64,000 nucleotides of DNA from Porphyridium purpureum (taxonomy: Eukaryota), in NCBI GenBank assembly GCA_008690995.1, contig VRMN01000002.1, forward strand, positions 682,001-746,000. Reading direction: 5' to 3'. Position numbers and translations under genes: made by a program. Position 1 is the first letter of the stretch. Each line of letters starts with the position of its first letter. The notes beneath the pieces were generated by a model. The model ran no database searches and was not told where the DNA came from. It worked only from the letters and a program-made list of their open reading frames with translations. Positions 53,943-64,000 of this stretch are shown piece after piece.

Positions 53943-55438
53943 ATGGCGCGATGGGTCCGTGCCGGTGTGCAGGTATGCTTGGTAGACAAGTGCTCCGCGC
54001 CTCATGAAGTCATAGAGAGCAAGCTGCGCCTCGTGTTGGCGCAGATCCCGATCATTCAAGACGGACAGTTTCGAGCATTCCAATCCGACGCCATGCTCGC
54101 GGGCTGCATCGAGCGCGTGGATTTGGAGAGGGCAACGTCGTGCCATGCTACCAACGTCTATGGGTGGAATGCCCTATTCCGTATCTACTTGTTCTCCATG
54201 CAAAAGGCAGAGCGCTTCGGTATGTTGTCTAATCGAAACACTGTTTTGCAATGCAGTCCCTCTTCTGGAAAGGCGTATTCAACGACACCGGACACTAACC
54301 GCGGGTGCGCTCACTCTTCTTGGGGGGGTGTGTATGTGTGTGGGTGATGTTCGCATCCTCAGTTGACGATGCTGAAGAAGGTGAGGAGCATGCGTTCGAA
54401 GGCTGTGCGCTTCCAAGCGCTGCCGCACGAGGGCTCTGGGAGCAGCTGTTTTTTGATCACGACGCCAAGCAACGTTTGATCGAGTATACTGCGTCTGCCA
54501 TGCTCTTCGTTAAACATGATGTGGATCCCATGGTGATCAATTGGAATCGCATGGTTCTTCTGTATGGACCTCCAGGGTACGTAAGCGACACTGCCAAGGC
54601 CCGAAAAACGCGGCAGAATCAGTGTGCGCTTCTCTCTCGCACCATTTTATCTTGAAGGGAGAACGCCGGGCTAACATGCATATACATGCTCGCGTCATTT
54701 TCTCCTTTCAGAACAGGCAAGACCAGCTTTGTTAAAGCCGCGGCCCAGAAATTGTCTGTGCGCATGCGAGCGGATTATCCAAGAAGCTACCTTCTCGAAG
54801 TGAACGCGCACTCGCTGTTTTCCAAGTGGTTCTCCGAAAGCGGCAAGCTTGTGGCTAGAATGTTCGGTCATATTTTGGATGTTGCAGATGACCCAGACTG
54901 CCTCGTCTTTGTGCTGATCGACGAGGTCGAATCGCTGACGAGCATTCGTCGTGCCGGTGGAAATGAGCCAAGCGACGCGCTTCGTGTGGTGAACGCCATG
55001 CTGACGCAGCTTGACAATCTCAAAGCGTATCCAAATGTTCTGGTTTTGTGCACGTCGAACCTGACCGGCGCGCTGGACGATGCATTTCTCGATCGTGCCG
55101 ACCTCAAGCAGTACATTGGGCCCCCCACGAGGCGCACGCGGTACATGATTCTTCGGAGCTGCGTTCTGGAGCTTGCGCGCACGCAGATTCTGGCGTGCAC
55201 TCCAGACGCATTCGATGCGACTCCTACTGACACCAGTCCTGACCCAACAAAGCAGCTATGGGCACTAAGCGAGCTGTGCGATGGGATGAGCGGGCGGCGA
55301 TTGCGCAAAGTACCGCTTCTTGCTCATGCCGCAAGTGAGCACCCGCATTCAATGATGGTTCCATGGTCCGCCTTTTTTGAATCGCTTCTTCGCATCCTGA
55401 AAGAAGACCAGTCCGACAAGTCGACGGCCGACCTGTAG
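53943..55438 (+). CDS. PCH2: PCH2/TRIP13 AAA+ ATPase; exons 53943-54219, 54363-54576, 54712-55438 (405 aa)
   Basis: Splicing restores Walker A GPPGTGKT. Also EVNAHSLFSKWFSESGKLV, LIDEVESL, EPSDALRVVNAMLTQLD and AFLDRAD. Both introns are GT..CTAAC..AG. Confidence 0.93.
54220..54362 (+). other. Spliceosomal intron 1 of PCH2 (143 nt)
   Basis: GTATGT donor, ACTAAC branch near 54294, CTCAG acceptor; reading frame preserved. Confidence 0.85.
54577..54711 (+). other. Spliceosomal intron 2 of PCH2 (135 nt)
   Basis: GTACGT donor, GCTAAC at 54670, TTTCAG acceptor; joins GG|A within Walker A. Confidence 0.92.
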
Positions 55439-55920
55439 CGCCGTATCTACTCCTCTGTGGTTTTTATCCTGCTGCGCTGCCATACCATATGTCACAAAAC
55501 CCCCTTGGGTCAAGCATGAGCCCAACCAAGACGAGCAAGCTCGATGCATCCATGCTCATTCAGCTCCTGAGCCCAGAGCGCTTTACATGTCCCACGCGAC
55601 GCCCATGTTAACAATGCGTACACCACGAACCATTCTCTTCCTCACGCAATTTTTGTCCTCGTCGCGTGCTTTGGCTCCTCCCAAACAAGAAATAATTTGT
55701 TGGGTGTGACTTTGGGAAAGACGCGAACTCGGTTCGTGTCGTTGAAACGTGGGACACGCGAAGCGCGGTTTCAGATGCTCGAGCTGGCACAGGGACAACG
55801 TGGGTAGCGCGGGGGCAAGTTTCGGTTGGGCTCGGTAGTGCCTTTGCGGTGTGTGTACGCGTGCGTGTGCGTGCGTCTGTGTATGTGTGGTTAAAGTGTC
55901 TGGTAAGGAGACGGTTTATC

Positions 55921-56580
55921 ATGCGGCGGATTCCATTCACGGGAGGTGGCGGCACGTTCTACGGGCGAGAGCAGTTCAGCCCGCTGCTCATCATTTTGAT
56001 GATTGTGTGCCTCCAATTATTCTTCTACCTGAGTCTCTCGTTCAGCTTGTTTATCACGGACCAAGCAACCGCGCTGGAAGACTCCGTATTCGATCAAATG
56101 TTCTTGTACTCCAAGATCAACTTTGAGACCGTTCCCGGGTGGACCACCACCAGTGTGCACGTGATCACCGCGCTGGGACCCTACATGGTTGCGCTCGTGC
56201 TGTTTGTGCGCCGCGCAAAGAAGTGCCTTGATTTTATCGTGACCAATTACGTCGTACACTTGCTTGCGTGCACGGCGTACGGCGGATTCCCGAAGAGTTG
56301 GTCCTGGTGGTTCGTTACCACGTTGACAGCCGCTGTGCTGGCGGTCTCCGCCGAATTCATTTGCCTCAAGTACTTTGAATTGCAAGAAATTTCTCTGGGC
56401 ACAAGCACCGCGCGAGGCTCGGGCGCGACGGCCGCCACAGCAGGATCGAGCACTATCGGTAACGAGGGTGAAAGCAAACTTGACGGCAGCTCGTTGAAGG
56501 GTGCAAAAATGGCCGCTGTTCAAGCAGACGCTCGCGCCAAAGCATCGCTTTCGGCGGGACAAGGGAGCGACGAGGTATGA
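55921..56580 (+). CDS. SYS1: Golgi integral membrane protein SYS1
   Basis: FSPLLIILMIVCLQ..FY, VRRAKKCLDF, FPKSWSWW, EFICL..ELQEI. Confidence 0.92.
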   Translation: MRRIPFTGGGGTFYGREQFSPLLIILMIVCLQLFFYLSLSFSLFITDQATALEDSVFDQMFLYSKINFETVPGWTTTSVHVITALGPYMVALVLFVRRAKKCLDFIVTNYVVHLLACTAYGGFPKSWSWWFVTTLTAAVLAVSAEFICLKYFELQEISLGTSTARGSGATAATAGSSTIGNEGESKLDGSSLKGAKMAAVQADARAKASLSAGQGSDEV

Positions 56581-56802
56581 GACAGCTGGTAACGACACAC
56601 CTGTTTTTGCTCGCGTTCAGGAATTTGTCAACTGCGCAGCGTTTTTTTCTTGCGCGCGAGTGTGCCTCTCATTTTATGTTTTGTTTCCTTTTCGGGGAGG
56701 AGCCTTTCTCATCATCTGCCTCTATCTCTTGGCAAAGCGGGCGAGGAAGGACGGTTTCAGATTCGTTTGTGTAGTGTTTTTTGTTAATAATGGGTCACGT
56801 TT

Positions 56803-58254
56803 TCAGGCTAGAACTGGTTGAACGAATGGGTTTGCATTTTGCCGGTCCAGAACTAGGCTCGATCGCCGGTGAAATGCGTACTGGCCCAGGATTCTGGCAA
56901 TAATTAATGTGGCGTCGCGCGTACCTTGCGCACGCGAGGCGCGGGACATGGCCTTTAGCGCTTGATCGTCACCAATCCATCCTCTTAAGACACGTGCGAG
57001 CTTCTTGGGTTGCTCACAGCAGGCCCCCGAGCCGGACTTTACCACAAGCTCGACGTTGCCGGCTTCCTGGCCAGGAAGAAAGCTGCTCAGCATGACCGGA
57101 AGCCCGCGAATCCAGCTTTCCGCAATTGTCCCCGGACCAGCTTTCGTAACAATGACATCGGCAGCGCACATGTAATCAGCCATGTTAGTCACAAAGCCGT
57201 GAATTTCGACAGGAATGGACCATGTTCTGCAACGCATCGATTCTTCGAGCTTGGCATTCTTCCCACATATGACGACCAGGCGCACTCCTGGCAGGCGGTC
57301 GGCGTGGTTCGCGATCTCCTGTGTCACGGCGGTCGCCAGGCTTTCCATGTTCCCGACGCCGTCACCCCCGCCGACCATGAGTATCACGCGCGTCTTTTTG
57401 AACACCGGGAGTCCCAGCGACAGCCGCGTAAACCATTTGGGGGCTGCCCTTTTCCAGAAGGCCTTCCGCACCGGTAGACCAACCAAGAAGAGCTTGTCCG
57501 GATGCACACCCTGAGCAAGTCCGATTCGCCGTACTCGTTCACTGGGCACAATGCACAGGTCCACGTTCTTGTGAAACCACGAATTCGCCGCAGAGCCCAA
57601 GTCGGTGACCACGGTCAGAAAGGGAATCACTCCCATTAAGCCGCGGCGCTTGAGCACTTCTAGTGGCGCGCTCTGACACAGCGGGTGCACGGACACAATC
57701 AGATGCGGCCGAAATGAGTCGAGTGCATGTTCAAAAAAGGCAGAAGACAGCCAGTACACATACATGGAAAAGATCCACCTGGTAGGCGGGAATTGGCCGG
57801 CCAGCCAGATCAAGCGCCAAAGATTTGGGTGCTTGGCAAGGTATGCGTATAGCTCGGGCATGGTGTCCAGAGGCGGGCCTGCCACGCTGACAAAAAAGTC
57901 CACGATGATAATTTCCAGTTCGTCTGCCGGATAGAGCGCATGCAGAGCGTCGGAAAGCGCGATAGCCGAGGCGCGATGCCCTCCGCCCGTATCCGACATG
58001 AGCACCATCAACCTTCGCTTTGTCTTCAATACAGCGTCCACCGTTGGAAGATCCACGTTCCTCACCAGCGGCGTCGAGGCTGTGTGCCCTTTTCTTTCGT
58101 ACGGTTCATCGTCTTTCAAATCCCGCCCGGACCCAAACCTCACAGCCGCTCGCCTCTTCCGTTCCGAGAATCCCCAAGACTTCATGACGGCCTTGAGCGA
58201 ACGGCCAGTGAACAAGGGAAGTGAGAACGCGAAGGCGCCATGCCCCATCGCCAT
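56803..58254 (-). CDS. MGD: Monogalactosyldiacylglycerol synthase (GT28)
   Basis: LMSDTGGGHRASA, SVHPLCQ, TVVTDL, GGGDGVG, TKAGPGTIAE, PGQEAGNV. Confidence 0.95.
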   Translation of the reverse strand: MAMGHGAFAFSLPLFTGRSLKAVMKSWGFSERKRRAAVRFGSGRDLKDDEPYERKGHTASTPLVRNVDLPTVDAVLKTKRRLMVLMSDTGGGHRASAIALSDALHALYPADELEIIIVDFFVSVAGPPLDTMPELYAYLAKHPNLWRLIWLAGQFPPTRWIFSMYVYWLSSAFFEHALDSFRPHLIVSVHPLCQSAPLEVLKRRGLMGVIPFLTVVTDLGSAANSWFHKNVDLCIVPSERVRRIGLAQGVHPDKLFLVGLPVRKAFWKRAAPKWFTRLSLGLPVFKKTRVILMVGGGDGVGNMESLATAVTQEIANHADRLPGVRLVVICGKNAKLEESMRCRTWSIPVEIHGFVTNMADYMCAADVIVTKAGPGTIAESWIRGLPVMLSSFLPGQEAGNVELVVKSGSGACCEQPKKLARVLRGWIGDDQALKAMSRASRAQGTRDATLIIARILGQYAFHRRSSLVLDRQNANPFVQPVLA

Positions 58255-58386
58255 ATCCAATCGCGTTTCTCCTTCACATCAACGCACACGCTTCGCCGCT
58301 CGCATGTGCGTTGCGCGCGCGCAGACTCCGCGAGCTCTCACGTTCTCGAGCGTTTCACAAAATTTACCAATTACTGTACCTCGTGC

Positions 58387-59034
58387 TTACACTTGCGGCT
58401 GCTGCGACTCCACAAGCAGCAGCTTCTTCACGCGCGCCTCGAGGTCTTCCAGGTACGCGTCGTGGATGTTGTATGATCGCATCGCCTGCACGAGCTGGAA
58501 CAAGTACTCAAAATTCGGCCCGCTTGGGCCATGCGCAATAGCAATACGCTCCGCTATTTCTTGCGCGTCAGCAGGGCCCAGCCAATTGCGATTCGTCGCG
58601 CACTCGGTCGCTATGTACGTCAGTGCATTGCGGATGATTGGGCACTGCCCCGAGTCTCCATCTGTCGAGTCGTCAAATAAATCCAGCTCGATGCGCAGAT
58701 TGTACTGTTTCTCTCTGACTTCGAGCAGCTCCAGCACGCTCGCTTCGTGCCGAGCATGCACGCGATACGCCACGCCCCAGACCTTCTCACCCGGCGCGTG
58801 CTCAAGCGTGACCGTACGCCCCGGGCACTCCACTGTGCCCCGGTGATCCGTGGATCCTTGAAAAAAGCGGCGCCGCCAGTCCTTTGCGTAACACACGCGC
58901 GCTTCCTCGTACTCAAACCCGACTTTCCACACAATGGAGCCATACCCAAAGACCCAAAACGGCTGTGTGCTTAGGTCGCGCTGCAGCGCAACACGCTCCA
59001 TGATCAGTCCATGGTCTTGCGGCGACTCCCTCAT
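58387..59034 (-). CDS. ChaC: Glutathione-specific gamma-glutamylcyclotransferase
   Basis: WVFGYGSIVWK, FFQGSTDHRGT..PGR.VTL, GPSGPNFEYL. Confidence 0.95.
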   Translation of the reverse strand: MRESPQDHGLIMERVALQRDLSTQPFWVFGYGSIVWKVGFEYEEARVCYAKDWRRRFFQGSTDHRGTVECPGRTVTLEHAPGEKVWGVAYRVHARHEASVLELLEVREKQYNLRIELDLFDDSTDGDSGQCPIIRNALTYIATECATNRNWLGPADAQEIAERIAIAHGPSGPNFEYLFQLVQAMRSYNIHDAYLEDLEARVKKLLLVESQQPQV

Positions 59035-59221
59035 CCCTCACGGAAAGACCCGGCACTATGGTTTCCACCTCTCAATTCCACACGTCGCGTGCGCTTTTTC
59101 CAGCGTTTGATCTCGACCACGCAATGAGATGGCACGTCGAATGGAAAGGCCTTGCGAATGAGTGGCATGCTGAGGACGGAAGCGCGAAGAGTCGGAAGGA
59201 ACGTACACAGACACAGAGAAA

Positions 59222-61066
59222 ATGGGAGGTGCTGGCGTGCTTGCATTTGCGCAGCTGGGACCATCAGGATTGTGTAGCCGACCGAACGCACCAGACGGAA
59301 AGGTCGCGGCAGCGGTAACAGGACGTCACGGCGTTGTCGCGAGGAAAGCGCAGGCCCCTGGTTCGCTAGCTCAGAATCAGTGGGAATATTCCCTGCCTGG
59401 GTCTCATTCCAGGTCGAGGTCGAGGTCGAGGTCGCCGAGCATCCTGCGCATGGGAAGAGAGGCGTGGCCGCTGCGAAGGTTTGTCCGAGACCTCTTGTTC
59501 TTCACGCCAGTGGGCAAGGCGATCGGTTTGCGCGAAGACGTGTCGACCGTGTCGACCGTGAGCCGGAAAGTACGTGCCGATACAGGCTCGAAGTCTGTTG
59601 GTGCCGTACTTGTGACCGGTGCGACCGGAGGGACTGGGCGCCGCGTGGTCAAGCTTCTGCAGGAACGCGGATATGCTGTCAAGGCGCTTGTGCGGAACGA
59701 GCAGAGGGCGAAGGATGTTCTGTCCAAGTCGGGTGTCCAGCTCCAGGACGGTTCGGAAAATACAAATCACGTGACGTTTTGCGTCGGAGATCTGTACAAT
59801 ATCCATCCCGATTTCTTTGACGGGGTCTCTGCAATCATCTCTTGCACGGGCGTCAAAGTCGGCCCCGTGGACGACACTCCTGACCGAGCAAAGTATTATC
59901 AGGGTCTTAAGTTCTACCCTCCTGAAATTCTTGAAGATACGCCTGAAAATGTTGAATATGTAGGCGTGAAGAATCTGGCCTCTAAGGTGGCTGCAGCATC
60001 GTTGTCCGGAAGCGAGAGCGGTGCATCCGGCTCCGCGCTCCTGTCGTTTAAGGACCCCGCCAAGATCAATCGCACGTGGGGTGTCGTGGATGACATCGTG
60101 ATGGGTGGAGTGAGTTCGAGCAGCATTGCGCCGGGCGAGCCCGGTGTGGCGGTGTTCTCCGGAATGGTTTCGACCAGCAACAATGGTGGATTCGCGAGCG
60201 TGCGCACAGCGCCGTTTGCCAGGGCGGCGAACCTCTCTGCTGCCAAGAGCTTCACGCTTCGCGTGAAAGGTGATGGGCAGCGATACAAGTTCATTGTTCG
60301 GTGTGACTCCAAGTGGGACGGCCCTTCGTTTTGCTACTCATTCGATACGAAGCGGGGGGAGTGGCAGGATATCGAAGTTCCATTCGGGCAGCTGCTACCC
60401 GTCTTCCGTGCCAAGACGATGCGCGATGGAACGCGATTTGACCCGGCGTCTGTGTTTGCCGTGCAATTCATGCTCTCCAAGTTTGAGTACGACGGCGCGT
60501 TGAATCCAAGTTTCCGTCCTGGGGCCTTTGAGCTTCAAATCGCCGCAGTCGACGCCGTGACCGCTGCAGACAGCAGAGGACGTTCCTCAAAAGCCCAGAC
60601 GCCACTGCTCATTCACGTGGGAAGTGCCGGTGTGACGCGCGTGCTGCGCGCAAGCGAGTTTCCAGATTTAGAGTCCCAGCCGCCTGCTGTTCGAATGAAC
60701 AAGATGCTGGGACGCATGATGGAGTGGAAACTGGCCGGAGAAGACGCGATCCGAGCGTCCGGCGTGCCGTACCTCATCGTCCGTCCGTGTGCACTTACCG
60801 AGGAAGCGCCGCGCGGGTATGGCGGACTGAAAGTAAGCCAAGGCGACACCATGACTGGTAAAGTCTCTCGGGACGACCTTGCACGAGTTCTGGTGGATGC
60901 ACTTGGCTGCGGCAGCCTGACAAACAAGACGTTTGAGCTCGCAACGCGTGCGGAAGACGACGGCTCGTCACTCACGTCGCTCACGGAGCTGTGCTCAAAC
61001 CTTGTCGATGATGCCAGCACCGAAACGAAGCGAACGTACGCCAGCTTCCCCTTTGTACCGCTCTAA
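59222..61066 (+). CDS. Rossmann-fold protein with inserted CIA30 domain (cyanobacterial/plant plastid type)
   Basis: VLVTGATGGTG; WGVVDDIVMGGVS, NNGGFASVR, KGDGQRYK and MLSKFEYDG (CIA30); WKLAGED, IVRPCALT. Confidence 0.92.
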   Translation: MGGAGVLAFAQLGPSGLCSRPNAPDGKVAAAVTGRHGVVARKAQAPGSLAQNQWEYSLPGSHSRSRSRSRSPSILRMGREAWPLRRFVRDLLFFTPVGKAIGLREDVSTVSTVSRKVRADTGSKSVGAVLVTGATGGTGRRVVKLLQERGYAVKALVRNEQRAKDVLSKSGVQLQDGSENTNHVTFCVGDLYNIHPDFFDGVSAIISCTGVKVGPVDDTPDRAKYYQGLKFYPPEILEDTPENVEYVGVKNLASKVAAASLSGSESGASGSALLSFKDPAKINRTWGVVDDIVMGGVSSSSIAPGEPGVAVFSGMVSTSNNGGFASVRTAPFARAANLSAAKSFTLRVKGDGQRYKFIVRCDSKWDGPSFCYSFDTKRGEWQDIEVPFGQLLPVFRAKTMRDGTRFDPASVFAVQFMLSKFEYDGALNPSFRPGAFELQIAAVDAVTAADSRGRSSKAQTPLLIHVGSAGVTRVLRASEFPDLESQPPAVRMNKMLGRMMEWKLAGEDAIRASGVPYLIVRPCALTEEAPRGYGGLKVSQGDTMTGKVSRDDLARVLVDALGCGSLTNKTFELATRAEDDGSSLTSLTELCSNLVDDASTETKRTYASFPFVPL

Positions 61067-61703
61067 AATGGCCGAGCACCCACCCAACCAACCATGTCCA
61101 CCCTTCAACATGTCACACCACCAACCTGAAAATGGCACGCCACATTCGTATCGAAAAGTACAGCTGAATCAATTCGCGTTTCTTGCTATGCGCGCGCGCG
61201 TTTTTCGTACGAAGAAGTATGCCGCATTGACGCGAGAAACGGCAATTGAACGACAAATGGCAACATCGGCAGACATTTGGTGTGCGAGCTGCGGATGGGC
61301 ATACGCGTGGGTTGGCATGTGGGTCATTACTCAATGGGCAGCCAAGCTGGACAGGTCGCAAGCAGCCACACGGCGAGCTGCGGGCGATCTTATATACTTC
61401 AGCATGCTGGGCATTAGATGTCTTGGGAGGCAGCCCTGCGCATCAAGGTCGGCGCAAAGAGGTAGACGTGCGTGCGTGCGGTTAGATTCTGTGCGGGCGT
61501 GAGGCTGGCAGGGAGGTGTGAGAAGCGTGAAGACGGATTTCCAGCGGCAGACGGGTGCCCGGAGGGCTTATTTCGACATCGAAGAAAGCGTTCTGGACAA
61601 CGTCTTGTTGTTGTGAGGCTCGCGGTGTGAAAAGTGCCTACGCGCAGAGACCCGGAGCAACGCTTTCGTTTTGGACGCAGTCTTTGTTTGACCATTGGAC
61701 AAT

Positions 61704-63590
61704 ATGAGCTCGTTACGACAAGGGACACGAGCGGGCAGAGCGTCACAGATGACCACTTTGGTGCTCCTGGTGATGTCTATGGTATGGATTGCACAAGCAG
61801 TGCCTATAAATACAACATACCGCTCGTCAAAGCAAAAGCAGGCCGAAGCATTACCAGTTCTAGATAGCTTAATCAGTACAGCTGCGCTCAAGCCCATGCT
61901 AACGGTGCGTCAGTTCTCTGATTCAAACGGGCTCAGGTCACGACAATTTGAAACATCGGTTCAAAGTCATCGAGCAACGAGCTTAGCACTCAACAAACAG
62001 AAGACCGGTGTGTACGTAGCGGGCTCCATGTCGATCCAGCACCTCGACTCACTCTCGAACGCAGCGGTGGGTACGTCCCAGGATGCGTTCCTGATGTTTG
62101 TCAGCGAGTCAAACTTTGAGCCGCACTGGGTGCACCAGTTCGGGAGCACTGGTGACGACTTTTTCGGTGACGTGGTGGTCAGCAGTTCCGGCGACGTCTA
62201 TGCTTTCGGATGGACACGCGGGACCTTTGCCAGCTCGCCAAACCCCAACGCGGGCGCAAAGGACTGCCTCATGGTCAAGTTCAATGAGAATGGCCAGGTG
62301 CAGACTGTACGCACGTTTGGCTCTTCCGGCGACGACTACATTACGCGTGTGCACTATGATGCCGACGATGATGCCTTCTTTGTGTCGGGCCACTTGGGCG
62401 GCGACGAGATGCTCGCAGATTTCAAGGCACTGGATCCAAGCTATCCACAAGGGCGCGGCTTTGTGGCGAAATTCGATTCGCAGCTTGAGCTTGTTGTTGG
62501 GTTGTACACAGGTCATACAAAGCACGACGTGGGCACAGGCATAACATTTGATGGGAACGGCGGCTTCTACTTTTCGTTTGCGACGTTCAGTCCGCGCGGC
62601 ACGGTATACTCTGTCGTCCAGAAAATTGACAAGCACGGAAACACGTTGTGGACTGCCGACACGAGTTCAATGACTGTGGCACCGGCGCACGGGCTGTCGA
62701 TGTGGTACGATGAATCCACGACACCTCCGCGCCCTTTGGTGGTGCTTTCTGGTGCCCTATATGCGAACGAAGCGTACAAGCTGAGCATCATTGCGTTGCG
62801 TGCAGATGATGGCGGGCTTGTGCAAGTGGTGAGCGGCTGCTGCGAGTCTGGCTTTGCCAAGGCTTCTGGTGGAATGGTGGTCACTTCAGGCAACTACATA
62901 GTTGCTCTTGGTCACCATGCCGAGCAGCAGAATGGGCTCGGCGAGAAGAGCCCCGTACTGGTTTCTGTGACTCCCACGGGTCATGCAGTGAGCAAAAAGC
63001 TAAGCTCGGTGGTCACTGAGGATCACGACGTGCGCATGAGTCATCCCATTGTGCTGAATGGCACCATCTACTTTGCGTCCACAAAGGGCGCCGACTTTAC
63101 TCTGCACGCGTATGCCATCGCAGGCGTGTTTGACAACGAGACAATCGACGACGCCGAAATTGGAGGCATACTGGTGGATGGTGCTGGAGCAGGAGAGAAT
63201 GCTGGCGCCGGGAATAGCCCAGGGTCACAAACGGGAGGCGGTGAGGGTGAGCTCGGGGTTGGTGCGATTATTGGCATTGTAGTTGGCGCGGCAGCCGTGG
63301 CTTTACTGCTTGCAGGGCTGCTGATTCTTGGCTTGTATGGAGGTCGTAACGGGTCTGAAAGAGACCGTCGCAACGTGCGACCCGAAAACCCACCCCCGAC
63401 ACCATTCGATGTTCTTTCCCTGGACGATAACATGGATGCGGACAGTCGCGGTTCTCATGCTTCTCTTCTGACCCCAGGACGAAGCAGGGAAGACTCTCAA
63501 GAAGAGCAGGATGATATCGACGCCAGTCAAAGCAATGACGGAACGATCGAAGACGGAACGACAGTCGTCTACAGGTACGATCCCATTTGA
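61704..63590 (+). CDS. Cell-surface beta-propeller protein with SBBP-like repeats and a single TM
   Basis: Signal peptide from about 61749; repeats WVHQFGSTGDD...SGDVYAFGWTRG and VRTFGSSGDD; TM GAIIGIVVGAAAVALLLAGLLI; acidic tail. Confidence 0.8.
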   Translation: MSSLRQGTRAGRASQMTTLVLLVMSMVWIAQAVPINTTYRSSKQKQAEALPVLDSLISTAALKPMLTVRQFSDSNGLRSRQFETSVQSHRATSLALNKQKTGVYVAGSMSIQHLDSLSNAAVGTSQDAFLMFVSESNFEPHWVHQFGSTGDDFFGDVVVSSSGDVYAFGWTRGTFASSPNPNAGAKDCLMVKFNENGQVQTVRTFGSSGDDYITRVHYDADDDAFFVSGHLGGDEMLADFKALDPSYPQGRGFVAKFDSQLELVVGLYTGHTKHDVGTGITFDGNGGFYFSFATFSPRGTVYSVVQKIDKHGNTLWTADTSSMTVAPAHGLSMWYDESTTPPRPLVVLSGALYANEAYKLSIIALRADDGGLVQVVSGCCESGFAKASGGMVVTSGNYIVALGHHAEQQNGLGEKSPVLVSVTPTGHAVSKKLSSVVTEDHDVRMSHPIVLNGTIYFASTKGADFTLHAYAIAGVFDNETIDDAEIGGILVDGAGAGENAGAGNSPGSQTGGGEGELGVGAIIGIVVGAAAVALLLAGLLILGLYGGRNGSERDRRNVRPENPPPTPFDVLSLDDNMDADSRGSHASLLTPGRSREDSQEEQDDIDASQSNDGTIEDGTTVVYRYDPI

Positions 63591-63756
63591 GCTTCCCATT
63601 CGGATCCTGCCCATGTGTATATAACTAAAGGAAAAACACACGAGAATGTATGATTGGAACAAAGCAATGCGACTTTCAGAGTAACCGCTGAAGCAGGCTC
63701 CAACATATCCTCAGGAATCCCTATCGAGCGTCTCCAGCAGATCTTAGCGAAAATAT

Positions 63757-64000
63757 TCACAAACTATGCGCGCGCGCATATGCTTGGATGGAGCTTTGGC
63801 GGATTGCTCGAGATCTCATGGTCAAACTTGTTGCCGATTCGACCACGACTTCGACGTAGTCACCCGCCACAGCCCGCTTGAGCGTCTGTCCAAATTCGCC
63901 AGCCTGAATAGGCACGTCCTTGAAAAATACTCTTTTGTTTGTATCTGTGCGACCCGTCAGAAACCCAGGCAGTTTCTTCGCTCGCGCCTGTCCCTCCACG
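63757..64000 (-). CDS. CDK5RAP1: C-terminal TRAM domain of MiaB-like tRNA methylthiotransferase (5'-partial)
   Basis: VEG...LTGRTDTNKRVFF...GDYVEVVVESATSLTM. Confidence 0.8.
   Translation of the reverse strand, partial: VEGQARAKKLPGFLTGRTDTNKRVFFKDVPIQAGEFGQTLKRAVAGDYVEVVVESATSLTMRSRAIRQSSIQAYARAHSL

Noticed and set aside
59410..59435. (AGGTCG)n repeat
   Set aside because: Short in-frame slippage encoding SRSRSRS in a transit peptide

Overview
Eukaryotic nuclear DNA: GC-rich, very gene-dense and almost intron-free. A red-algal Lhcr antenna gene and plastid transit peptides point to a unicellular red alga, probably Porphyridium-like (inference). About 30 protein-coding genes are present, mostly housekeeping: PCD, WDR20/CreC, VIT1, HIBCH, a PTEN-C2 formin, KIN17, SDP1 lipase, a DMT transporter, a CLASP-like protein, PP2A B'', LPD, FDXR, an OPR protein, chorismate mutase, SurE, POP4, Bub2, Lhcr, PCH2 (two introns), SYS1, MGD, ChaC, a CIA30/Rossmann protein and the 3' end of CDK5RAP1. 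I saw no rRNA, tRNA, CRISPR array or recognisable transposase. The most notable observations are: (1) the heptamer ACTGTAC/GTACAGT recurs at least 17 times in intergenic DNA upstream of start codons, a candidate promoter element; (2) a 1145-aa protein appears to be built from about 7 tandem Vti1-Habc-like helical bundles with a lipid-anchor-like tail; (3) a 14.7-19.3 kb island holds an apparently internally deleted, frameshifted giant DUF3638/DUF3645-family gene preceded by a perfect 18-bp hairpin; (4) a DDIAS/RPA1-C-like Zn-OB-fold gene at the left edge is missing from the ORF track. All family calls come from motif recognition by eye, not database searches.
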